A stretch of 64,000 nucleotides of DNA. Origin: Narcine bancroftii. Taxonomy: Eukaryota. Shown here piece after piece: positions 1-11,159 of the stretch. A model generated the notes under the pieces. The model did no database searches, was not told where the DNA came from, and was given only the letters and a program-made list of their open reading frames with translations. The stretch is taken from NCBI RefSeq assembly GCF_036971445.1, contig NC_091471.1:295864001-295928000 (forward strand), in the 5' to 3' direction. Numbering within the stretch: position 1 is the first letter of the stretch; the number at the start of each line of letters is the position of its first letter. Made by a program: the position numbers and the translations under genes.

Positions 1-389
1 CCCTTCTTCCAGGTCCTCACCCCTTCCTTTCTTTCTCTGAGCTTTCTTTCTCTTCTGCCCTCTCTTCCTATCACGTCTCAGCTTCTTTCTCTTCTACCCT
101 CCCACCTGTAACTACCAATTACCTCCCCCTCCCACCTTTTATTCAGATGTCTGCCTAATTTTTAGGACTCCTATCAACAAGTTCAACTGCCTTTTACTTT
201 CTATGTGACCTGCTGGGTTTCTCCACATATTTGTGCACTGCACTCAACCCTAGCATCTGTGGGTTTTCTGGTTTACCTCTGCAGGAAAAGATCCCTTCTC
301 CGAAGATGGAAGGTGTGAACATTATTTCACTACAGGACTAATTCTAGGAGATGAATACACCATCTTGGGATATGCTCTACAGTTTCACA

Positions 390-460
390 GAGGGTTTCTG
401 TGGGAACTGAGGGGTTCCTGTGGGAACTGAGGGGTTCCTGTGGGAACTGAGGGGTTCATG
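390..460. repeat. 20-bp tandem repeat (ggggttcctgtgggaactga) x about 3.5
   Basis: Near-identical adjacent units seen directly. Confidence 0.9.
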
Positions 461-1424
461 AGTTTTTAGAGAACTGCATTGTCTTTTCACAAAAATGGTG
501 CCACATTTATCTCCATTTCTCATTAAGGCAGATTTTCAAAGTGTGTTCCGGCCGCAAGGACATCCCCAAACACCAGATTTCCATCCCGTTGCCTCCACAG
601 ATATGAGTTGAATTGCAGAGTTCTTCAAGCAGTCTGGGTTTTGCTCCAGATTTCCATTATACTTTAGAGGTGCTACAGAAAGTCAATTGTTGTTGGGACA
701 TATATGTGCATGAAAGAAGCTTGGATGGACAGGTTTTTTGGGCAGGGGTGGGATGACCCTCAGCCTCCCTCCCTCACCCCCTCAATGATCCTTCACCCCC
801 TCACCGACGATTCACTTCTCACTCATACATAACTGTTAATTTATTGGCACCAGCAAAGATGTGTTGTGAGGGGCATCACAACATGTTCATCCACACCTTG
901 ATGAAGGACTCAAGCCCGAAGCGTTGGTTATGTATCTTTATCCTTACTGAGTTTCTTCAGCATTGTGCTTTAACTTCTGTTAATCCTCTCCCCCTGTTAT
1001 AGTCCCAGTGACTATAACAGGCTGGGTGAACCATCTCCCACGCCTCCATTAGGAGGGGAATGGGTCCCTCTATCTGTTGGGTGACATGGACAAGCCTGAC
1101 CAGTGAAGTTTGTAGAGCTGGTTATACAGAGCCGGACATCTCCTCTTACGCCCAACCATCACCACTGTGATGCTTGCCTCACCTCTTGTTTTGATGGAGG
1201 CGCTTTCCTGTCTTGTCCACATCCCGAAGAGCCCAGGCCCGACCTGCCGACAGCCCCTTGTTTCTGAGGACACTGCAGAACCAGCTGCTGGGTTTGTCCC
1301 GCCCTACCAGGGACGTCATTCCCGCCACGGCGGTTGCCAGGAGCCTGAACCGAGTTTACGGCTGCTGCCAAACATGTCGCGAAATGACGCCACAGCTGTC
1401 GCAAAGTGGAATGCGGCAGCAGCG

Positions 1425-1462
1425 ATGGCGGAATCGGTGCTGAGCGAAACGACAGTGGGCAG
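1425..1462 (+). CDS. NR2C2AP: NR2C2AP exon 1
   Basis: ATG to AG|gtaagg donor; [12 protein letters not shown]. Confidence 0.85.
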
Positions 1463-4400
1463 GTAAGGCGGGCCGGGACGGGTGGGGCGCGCTCCCTGCG
1501 GGCCGGGACGGGCGTGGGCGCGCTCCCTGCGGGCCGGGACGGGCGTGGGCGCGCTCCCTGCGGGCCGGGAACGACTGAACAACCTCAAGTGTATCTGAGG
1601 TGCGAGATGGGGCTTGATCAAACCATGCAAGGTCCAGAAAGGTTGTGGTGAGGTGGATTTGAACAGGACATTCCGTATGGAGGATTTGGTACCATCCCGA
1701 TGACCATGCGTAGGAAGTCCTTTCTCTTTGGATGTGTTGTGTCTGGGAAGTTCCTGAGGCCAAATAGATCCTGTGAAAAGTTTTTGTTCATGTCAAGTTT
1801 ATTGTCATCTGATTTTGTAAAGTACAACCTGATGATCAACATTCTCCAGTCCTCGGTGCAACATCACACAGACATACAACCAGACATAGCACACATACAG
1901 ACAATCAATCATCTGCAGGACAAGTATTTCATCAATTCTGTGACAGATTGTTATTTTTTATATTGTACATAGATATGTTTTAGAGGAGATCACTTGTGGC
2001 AGGTTTTTTTTAGTGTAGGTCACATACAAAAAACTTCAAAACAGATCTCATTTAAAATGCCAGGCCAGACAGTCCAGGCTCCGGATGCTTTTGCAAAAGC
2101 TGATTAGGTTTGGAGCCGCAGTCTCTTGAGTGCAGTTGGCTTTTCTAAGAGGTTCATGTGGTTTTCTCTGAGTGAGAGAGAATGAATTCAGTTCTACAGT
2201 TCAGCAGCAGCAGCTGGGACTGGAACAGGACAAGCTGGCAAGCTTGTGGGAAAACCCCATTTTGAAGAAAGGTTGTGTGTTCTTAGTTCATGCCTGGTCA
2301 AAGCCCTTGTGGTCCATACAAGGGGAGAGGATTGGCTGCATGTTTCACTTGAACATAAGGGAAACATAAAGGAACTCTTTGGTGACCTGAAAGAAAGAGG
2401 TTATCATCTGAAAAACCCTGATGGGGCAAGTTTCTTCGGCAAGACACTGAAGTGGCTGATCTGAAGGTATCAGTTGTGGGTGTCCAACGAGCAACAAATC
2501 TCTCTGAAAACTGACAAGAACTGTCCTGAGTGGTAACCATTTACTTTCCAAGCACCAAAGCCTGGTGAAATTCATAAATATTAAATTCTGTACACAGTAT
2601 AAGAATTGCCTGATACCAGTGAACTTGGAGTGAGAAGTGAGATTGGATTGTGAATCAAAGAACTTTTCTGAACTTACACACACATTACATACATATACAC
2701 TTAGAATTAGAAGGGGTTGAGTTAATAGTAATAAGTTAAAGTTTGATCTTGTTTTTAAGTTTAAAGATAATTAAAAGTTTGTCTAGGTGAATTTCTATTG
2801 CTGCTGGGATTTGGGGTCCTCTGGGCTCACAACATTACAAATAAATAAATATTGCCTGAATATAAGTGTCTCAGATGGTAGTGTGAGCATGTCATCAAAC
2901 CCATATTCTTTTGTTTTTCCACAGAGTGAGTTCTGTCCTTAACCGTGACGTGAAGCAGTTTGGAAAAAAGTTCTTATTTGACAGAAATGAGGAAACCTGT
3001 TGGAACTCGGACCAGGTAACTGGATAGGTAGGTGAGTGGGTGGAGCAGCTAAAAAGCCAATCTGCTCATCTCTCTCTGTATTGTATGGACCTTTGGGCTG
3101 ATGGGACTCCTCTGCTTTCTGATTTTATGGCCGTTCCTCAGCTTGTACGAGTGGCTCCTGTGACAGCACAGAGAGGCTAAAGAGAGCAAACAGTAATCTT
3201 GTAACTAGAGGTAAAGGTGTCACTGTCAATGCTGCACTGACTGTAGTGGTAGAGAATCTACAACCTGTCAGACCCTCCTTGTTACAACCACAGTGGAAGA
3301 ATCAAAACAGTCAAGAAGAAGAAAACTGTTAGCAGTTAGTGCAACACTGTTACAGCGTCAGCGACTGGGCTTCAAATCTGCCACTGTCTATAGGGAGTTT
3401 GTACACTTTCCTTGTTCCTATGTGGGTTTCCTTCCACTATTCAAAACGTACCGGGGTGATAGGTTGATTGGGTGTAATTGGATGGAACAAGCTCATGGGC
3501 CGAAAGGGCTTGTTACCATGTTGTATTTTTAATTTTAATTTTACAAATTAACCATAACCAAAGCTACAAAAACCTGAATTGTCCAAATCTCATCCCAAGT
3601 CATATCCAGTTTGGATATGCAGAGTTCCATCCCTCTTGTATTTCTTGTTGGATGCTTGGATTTGGATGTGGCTAGCTGTGGTCTCATTGAATGCTCAGTT
3701 CTAATGGAAACCCATTCTTGATTATTGATATGTTGTGGATATGTCCCAAAGCAATATATAAAGTCAGAAGGTCAGGACACTCAGAAATAAGCCAAAGCAG
3801 GTAAATTTAAACCCCCAGCACCCTCTTAACCACAAAGATGTCAGGTTCGTTGGCCATTCCAAATTGTCCTTGAGAAGCAGTGGTACCAGTTCTGTCACAG
3901 TGAAGGGACAATTACAGTTGCGTTCAGGAACACTGGTCTGTTACCATTTCAGGATTTTCATTTCTTTTCACTTTTCCCCAAATCCTGACCAAGCAGACCT
4001 CCAGCAACTTTGAATCAAGATCACAAATAAGGTGTCTTCAGGATAAAATGTTAAACCAAATCCTCCCTTGGGTGGAAAATGGCAGGTGGAATATAACTCT
4101 GCCAATTGGGAAGTGATAAGTTTTACAAGTTAAACATATGAATGTGAATGGCAGGGCCCTGCTGGAGTGTTATTGAACTGAGGAAGCCTGGAGTACAAAT
4201 ATGTGATTCCCTGAAAATAAGCACAAGCAGGCAGGATGATTTATTGTATGCTTGCCTCTGCTTTGAGTACAGGACTTGGGATGTCATTTTGCAATTGTAC
4301 AGTTAGGCTGCACTTGGAGAATTGTGTGCAGTTTGGAAAAACATGATGAAGCTAGAAAGGGTGCAGAAATGCTTCAAAAGGACACTGCTTGACCTGCAGT

Positions 4401-7400
4401 TTCTCCAGTATTGTTTTTACTTCAACCATGATATCTACAGATTTTCATGCTTTACTTCAAAAGGATGTGGCTTGGAGAACTAGTGGCTTTCGATTTGCTC
4501 TGTCACTTCTGAATTTCCATTGTACCTCGATCTTTCCAACCTTGACTGACTTGCAGTGCATTTGCCAATATCTGCATTTACTTTGATCTTTCCCATTTCT
4601 CAGGGCTCTACTCAATGGGTGGTGCTAGAGTTCCCGAACTCTGTGAAGGTAACTGAAGTGCAGCTGCAGTTCCAAGGTGGATTCACAGGCAGGACGTGCA
4701 AGCTCGAAGGTAAACCCCGCAGACATGATGCCACTTAACAGCCAGATGTGAATAGGAAGGCAGGAACATAGCAGCTTTCCCACGAGGACACAGAGACTGA
4801 AGTTGCAGGATGTGGACAAGGGTAGCCAGGCCAACATCTGTGCCCATCTGTCCTCGCCTGAGAAAGATCCATTTGTAATGATTTCACATACTGAAGGTCT
4901 TCCAGTGCCATTTCACAGGGCATGTTAGTCACCTCCATCGCTATGGGATTAGAGGTTGACATGGGCCAGATCAGATAAAGAAGATTTCTGTCCCAAAGGA
5001 GACTGTTGAATCAGATCTTTTTTCAACACTCTGATAGTTTTTTTTGAAGACTTTATTTCAAATTTTATAACATGAATACAATAAAGAATTACATTTAAAG
5101 AAAAATAGAAAAAAAAATGTAAAAAGGTATGATTACAATATTACATCAGAAAACTACACAAAATAACCCTCCCCCCAAAATAAAGTGAAGAGTTAATAAA
5201 ATTGACAATATTATATATGAAAAAAAAGAGATAAAACTTAACCTAAAAAAATTCTAACAAAAAAAAATTTTCAATACCAAAATATCACACTTAAACATAT
5301 ATTTAAATCAAACTTAAATGCATATAATTAGCAAACGGAGTCCACTTTAACTTATCCTGAATTGAAAAAGATATCCTTTCCATAGTCAAACAAAATTTCA
5401 TTTCCAAATACCACTTATCTAAAGTTAGTATATTTCTATCTTTCCAAGTAAGTGCTATACATTTCTTAGCCACAACTAAAGCTAAATAAATAAATGAAAT
5501 CTGATAATCCTCTAAACCTAAATCGATTAATGATTGCATGTTCCCTAATAAAAATATATTGGGATCTAATACAAGATGGATATTATATAAACTGTTAAAA
5601 ACAGATTGAATACCTTTCCAAAACTGTTGCAATCGATCACAAAGCCAAACAGTATGCAAAAAAGTATTGGCCGTCTGATCACATCGAAAACAAGAATCCA
5701 ACTTACTAAAACCAAATTTTTTAAATTTCTCCGGTGTTAAATATAGCTGATGAATAAAATTATAATTAATCATCGCTAGTCTAGCATTAATTAATTTCCG
5801 AATACTATTCTGACAAATTTCCATCCAAACTTCTTCAGCTATTTTATGTCCTAAATCTTTTTCCCATTTCATCTTATCTTTATCCCAGTCTTTTTTACTA
5901 TCAATTTCTTGTAAAATACAATACAAATCAGATATATATCCCTTTTTTGGTATTGAAAGTACATATTCTTCAAAACTAGATTCAGGCAATAAAATCATAT
6001 GTCGACCACATAACTGTTTTACAAAAGATCTTAATTGATAATAAACAAATATAGAATATACAAATAAATCTAAATTTCAGTTGAATTATCCAATAGTGGT
6101 TTCATTGGATGCAGAAAAGGCTTTTGATAGAGTGGAATGGAAGTTTCTGTTCAAAGTACTTGAGAAATGTTGTTTTGGTTCTTCATTTATTGGGTTGATA
6201 AAGGCTTTAAATAATAGCCCAAAGGCTAGAATTGCTGTTAATGGCCAAATTTCAGAATCTTTTAGTTGACAAGATCTACTAGACAAGGATGTCCGTTGTC
6301 ACCTGATTTATTTGCTATAGTTATTGAACCTTTAGCACAATTAATACGTCAAAATGAAAATGTTAAAGGTCTGAATGAGGAATATAAGATTAATTTATTT
6401 GCTGATGATGTTTTATTATATTTGGTGGATCCGGATATTTCTTTACCTGCAATTCAAGAATGTTTAGAAATTTATGGCCAATTATCTGGTTATAAAGTAA
6501 ATTGGACTAAAAGTGAAATTTTACCAATTTGTAAAGGTGATTATTCAGTATATAAAAATATTACAAATTTGAAGTGGACTACACAAATTAAATATTTAGG
6601 AATTAATGTTAATATGGAATTTCAAGAATTATATTTAATTAATTATTTTCCTTTAATACAAAGGATTAAATTAGATTTGATTAGGTGGAGGGATCTACCT
6701 TTGGGTTTACTAGGGAGGATTAATACCATAAAAATGAATATTTTTCCTAGAATACAATATTTGTTTCAATCAATTCCTTATTTTTTTTTTAAGTTTTTTT
6801 AAGGATTTATATAAAGCAATTAGAGAATTCTTATGGAAGGGAAAATATCCGAGAGTAGCAATGAGAAAATTGATGTGGGATTTTCAATTTGGAGGTTTAA
6901 GATTACCGAATTTTCAGCATTATTAAGCAGCTCAATTCAAATTTCTTAGTGCATTAATGAATATGGACGACCCACCTAGTTGGGTAAAGATAGAAATGGC
7001 GGTTATTTTAGAAAAATTTCCTCATGAGTTTTTGTTTCGATGGAATAAAAATTTATTACGAATTTATGATGTGCCAATATTGAAAAATTTATTGAATTTA
7101 TGGACAAGTAAACTTAAAAAATTGGGACTTAAAAATATATATTCTGGAAGATTGCCATTATATAATAATCAACTTGTTCCTTTTACGGTCTCCAATGCCA
7201 CTTTGAAACAATGGGAAAAGAAGGGAATAAAAAATTTATCTGATTGTTTTTCTGAGGGTTGTTTTTGTTCCTTTGACGAATTACAAAGGAAATATGGTAT
7301 TAGTGCAAATTCTATATTTGTATATTATCAATTAACACTCTGATAGTTTCATCAGATTTTAGATTCAAAATATTCCAGATTCATTGTCAAAAAGTTTAAA

Positions 7401-9705
7401 ATTCCCAGTTGCCATTCTGTGATTCGTCTCTGGATTGTTAGTACAGAAATGCAAGTTATTATCCTAAGCGACAGAACTCAAGGTTCACGAGAATGTTGAC
7501 AGGATTTCAGGGTCTGAGTTACAGGGAAAGGTTGTGCAGACTGGGGCTTTTTTCTCTGGAGCGTAGAAGATTGAGAGGGGACTTGATAGAGGTGTTTAAG
7601 ATTTTAAAAGGGACAGACAGAGTAACTGTGGATAGGCTTTTTCAATTAAGAAAGGGGGAGATTCAAACTAGAGGGCATGGTTTAAGATTGAAGGGGGAAA
7701 ATTATAAGGGGAACATGAGGGGAAATTTCTTTACGCAGAGGGTGGTGGGGATGTGGAATGAGCTTCCGGCAGACGTGGTCGAGGCGGGATCATTGGTTAC
7801 ATTTAAGGAAAGACTGGATCATTACATGGATAGGAGGAGACTAGAGGGGTATGGACCGGGTGCTGGTCAGTGGGACTAGGAGGGTGGGGATTTGCTACGG
7901 CATGGACTAGTAGGGCCAAACTGGCCTGTTCTGTGCTGTAAGTGGTTATATGGTTACTTATTTTTTTGTGTATCATGTCATTTCATATTGCAAGAGAAAC
8001 CAGGCTTAGCAGATGTGAGCAGCCTGAGCTTTGGGGCAGAATTGGTCATCATTAACTATGCTAGGAATGAAAATGCTTTTATATTTGCCAGATGAATTAA
8101 AAGTCAGCATTATAAAAGATTAATGTAAACGGACAGTTGGTCAGCGCAGACTCGATGTGCTGAAGAGTCGTTTTGGTGTTGTATCCCTCCATGAGTCTGA
8201 GTATCGCAATTTTCATTCTTATTCATTTTCAAGCCAGTGCCCAATTAGTTATTTGTCTTATTTAGGTAGCAGAAGCGGAGACGATCTCATGAAAATCACC
8301 AGTTTCTATCCCGAAGACACCAACTGCCTACAGATATCCTACATAGTTGGGTTCAGCGGAATGTTCCTTTGTGGTTGAATGAATCAGTGTGTGAGCGACT
8401 GGGTCACCCACAGATAGAGTGGGTATGTATGTAGCCATGAAATGTGGTGCAGTGAGTGTGTCACACTGCAGCAAACGGGTTTGACCTGATCCTGTGGTGT
8501 TCCTCCAAATGTAGAGGCATCAGGTACACCTTCAAAGTCTGCAAGTCAGAATCAGAGCCTTACAGCATGAGAACAGGCCTTGTAGCTCAACTTGTTTATA
8601 CCCACCAAGTTGTCCCCCTGTTAATCCCATTTGCCTGTATTTTGACCCACATCCCTCTAAACCTTTCCTGACTAAATGTCTTTTAAACATCCCCATCTCT
8701 ACCACTTCCTCCAGAAGCTCATTCCATGTACCCACCACTCTCTGAAAAGAGCACCCTCTCAGGTCCTACTTAAATCTTTCCCCTCTCAACTTTAATCTAT
8801 GCCCTCTAGTTTTAGATTTTCCTTCCCTGGGAAAAAGACTACAAATATCATGATTTTATAAACCTCTGAAAGGTCATCCCTCAGCCTTTGACACTCCAGG
8901 GAGCAGTATCCCAGCCTATTCAGGTTCTCCTTATAATTCAAACCTGCCAGTTCCAGTAACATTCTCATGAATCTTCTTTGCACCCTTTTCAGCTTAATGA
9001 TATAGTTGGGTGGCCAGAACTGTACACGACATTCCATTTGTGGTCTCACCAACATCCTGCACTCATGCCCTGACCTATGAAGGCAAGTGTGCCAAATACC
9101 TTCTTCATCACCCTACCTGTGTTGCCACCTTTGGGGAACTGTGAACCCATAATCCAGGTCTTTTTGTTTTACAACACTCCAAGGCACTGCCATTTACTGC
9201 CCAGGTTTAATTTAATGTGAAGTTGATGTTTAATGCCAGCATTATGGGCTGTTAGGTCTCATCCACTAGCAGCAAATTAGAGATTTGTCAGATGCTGTAT
9301 CATTCTTGTCCATCACTACATGCTGCTTTAATGTGCAGAATCTGCCTGGCTGAGAGCAAATTTGGAATTCCTGGACTGACCCTAAACTGGAGCATCACCT
9401 ATTGACAACTGAGTTCCAGATCTGCTTCAGTTAACCTTTACACGTAAAAGCTTTTTCAAGCAAATAGTTTTCTTCCTTAATCTGAAACTCACAAATTCCC
9501 AATCAGTGAAGAACCCATTGTGGATAAACTTAAAATTATATTTGAGGAAAGCACAGACTTCTTTGGAAGAATCATTCTCTATCACCTTGATGTTCTTGGT
9601 GAGAAACTGTTGGAACCCACTGAGCCACATTTGCAACCAGCAGAACAAGGGAATGAGCCAGAAAGCTGCCTGAAGTGTTCCAGTGATACTGTGAGTGCCT
9701 CCTAA
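1425..9705 (+). CDS. NR2C2AP: Nuclear receptor 2C2-associated protein (TRA16), spliced gene, about 171 aa
   Basis: Exons 1425-1462, 2925-3015, 4604-4709, 8266-8333, 9493-9705 join in phase to give [54 protein letters not shown]...[48 protein letters not shown], matching recalled human NR2C2AP. Confidence 0.95.
1468..1571 (+). repeat. GC-rich 30/31-bp tandem repeat with G-quadruplex potential
   Basis: gcgggccgggacgggcgtgggcgcgctccct x about 3.4, immediately after the exon 1 donor. Confidence 0.9.
1939..2834. mobile_element. Probable solo LTR inserted into an older LINE 3' end
   Basis: TGT...ACA termini, about 900 bp, non-coding, interrupts a repeat that resumes at 2835; no clear TSD. Confidence 0.45.
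2925..3015 (+). CDS. NR2C2AP: NR2C2AP exon 2
   Basis: cacag| ... CAG|gtaac; [30 protein letters not shown]. Confidence 0.95.
3325..3535 (+). mobile_element. V-SINE-like short interspersed element
   Basis: Core ggagtttgtacactttccttg...gtgggtttcct resembles the V-domain; related copies at about 14410-14645 (-) and 44490-44710 (+). Confidence 0.6.
4604..4709 (+). CDS. NR2C2AP: NR2C2AP exon 3
   Basis: tctcag| ... AAG|gtaaac; [35 protein letters not shown]. Confidence 0.95.
5041..7333 (-). mobile_element. L1/Tx1-clade LINE, 5'-truncated, with twin-priming inversion
   Basis: Poly(A) end at about 5041; ORF2 C-terminus (CFRC..H..W.C) on minus 5303-6057; inverted RT part on plus 6058-7333 ([25 protein letters not shown]); 16-bp TSD aacactctgatagttt at 5025-5040 and 7334-7349. 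Confidence 0.92.
7475..7960 (+). mobile_element. CR1 LINE 3' fragment
   Basis: [17 protein letters not shown]...[14 protein letters not shown]; ends in a (tggttata) tail. Confidence 0.9.
8266..8333 (+). CDS. NR2C2AP: NR2C2AP exon 4
   Basis: tttag|; [23 protein letters not shown] followed by the U12 donor ATATCCT. Confidence 0.93.
8334..9492 (+). other. NR2C2AP: U12-type (minor spliceosome) AT-AC intron
   Basis: 5' site ATATCCTAC, branch site TTCCTTAAT at 9473-9481, 3' end CAC at 9490-9492; phase-0 join restores LQ|KFPI homology. Confidence 0.92.
8560..9215 (-). mobile_element. Degenerate CR1 LINE fragment inside the U12 intron
   Basis: [15 protein letters not shown]...[11 protein letters not shown]...[12 protein letters not shown] on minus strand. 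Confidence 0.8.
9493..9705 (+). CDS. NR2C2AP: NR2C2AP exon 5 (terminal)
   Basis: [39 protein letters not shown]...; stop ends at 9705. Confidence 0.9.
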   Translation, partial: KFPISEEPIVDKLKIIFEESTDFFGRIILYHLDVLGEKLLEPTEPHLQPAEQGNEPESCLKCSSDTVSAS

Positions 9706-9912
9706 TACACATACCCTGCCAGGATGATGAAACTTACCTTGAAGCCACCAAAAGAAAAGGACAGTACTGATGTTTCAGAAAATTGTGAATAAAGTAGTAC
9801 ACTTTTATATTTTCATTCCTTAAGAGCTTGTGCTTGAATACTCGTGGAAGATAGTGATAAACATTGTAGGAAGGGTCCTGAAACATCAGTGAAATGATAC
9901 ATCCAACTGTTA

Positions 9913-9953
9913 AATAAAAAGTGTCCCTCTTTATAGCTCAATTGTTATTTAAT
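9913..9953. terminator. Opposing candidate polyadenylation signals (AATAAA on + at 9913-9918; ATTAAA on - at 9948-9953)
   Basis: Hexamers seen between convergent NR2C2AP and RFXANK; usage is inferred. Confidence 0.45.
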
Positions 9954-11103
9954 GTGTTAGAGATTTACAAAACTTTGTACAAAAGTCTTCAGGAGCTGGA
10001 ATCTGAAGCAAAAAACAAACTACTGGAGGAACTCAACAGGTCAAGCACCAACAGCGGGAGAAAAAGAACATTGATGTTTCAGGTAAGAACCCTTCTCATG
10101 ATGGGGAGCACAGAGGGAAGATAGCCAGTATAATGACAGGGTGGGAAAGGTTAGACAGGGCCACTAGGGGAATTGGTAAACCATGCAGGAGTAAAGGATG
10201 ATGGACACATGATGAAGCAAAAAGAGGGAGAGAGGACAGAGAAGTGGAGGGTATTTTCCTTCTGCACCCCATCTTGATAAATGGTTTTGTCCAGAAATCT
10301 TGTCATTCTTTTTCTCTCACTGATGCTGCTCAACCTGCTGAGTTCCTCCAGCAAATTGTTTTGTTGTAAATAGTTAGCACCTCATTATATAAATGAGGCT
10401 TGGGAGACCCTCAAGGCCATGGTGAGGGGCTGTGGAGAACTACCTCCACCACTTTCTTGTACTTGTATCCATGCCGAGTGGTGTAAGGATGTCATGGAGG
10501 ACCTGTGCTTCAGTGATGGATTCAGTTGGGAGCATTTTCCCTGGAAGAAAATGGGGTTCAAGGGTGTGGCCACACAATGTAGAATGTCCATTCGATGCCA
10601 GCAGAGGAACCATTGTTTGGATGGGACAGATCACACATGGGGTCCAAGACGAACATGGAGTGACCCATTCAAACCTAGTTGGTCACCATCAAATTCCTTT
10701 TCCTTAGATCTTGTCTGCAACATTTGAAACCTCTTTAAATGAATTACATCTACATGTGAAAGGACCTGCAACTCTGACTGGAAATCATAAATACATCACA
10801 AGATAGAACTATGGAAAACACAAAAAAATAAAATTTAATGTCATAAATGTTAGAAGTCTGCAGGTAGCCTTCTCCCAGATGCAATAAACAGCTGCCAGCC
10901 ACCATTGAACAGTCCAACAGTTCTGGGATCCACGTTTCCACATTTCCTGCGATCAGGGGTCTCCACATCTTACACACACCAGCCACAAACCAGTTCAAAC
11001 CTGTGCAGCTGCTCCATCAGTGGTGGGCGCAGGAAGCGACAGGTGGGATGTTCCTCCTCACTGACACCTGAAGTACTGGCTGCTTCCAGTCCTTGCTCTG
11101 TGA

Positions 11104-11159
11104 TCACTCTTTGCTGTTCTGAAGCAGCTTCAGTACATGATTCTCAATTACTTGTTGCA
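11104..11159 (-). CDS. RFXANK: RFXANK last coding exon
   Basis: tttcag|; [18 protein letters not shown]. Confidence 0.92.

Larger units (their letters stand above)
1270..1575. promoter_or_regulatory. CpG-rich promoter and first-exon region of NR2C2AP, possibly bidirectional
   Basis: High CpG density around ATG 1425; X-box-like GTTGCCAGGAGCC at 1333-1345. Confidence 0.6.

Noticed and set aside
390-460. Short direct repeats as a CRISPR array
   Set aside because: Units are adjacent with no unique spacers, the context is eukaryotic, and no cas genes are present
9691-9722. gtgagt...ccag as an extra NR2C2AP intron giving DDETYLEATKRKGQY*
   Set aside because: 32 nt is too short for a vertebrate spliceosomal intron
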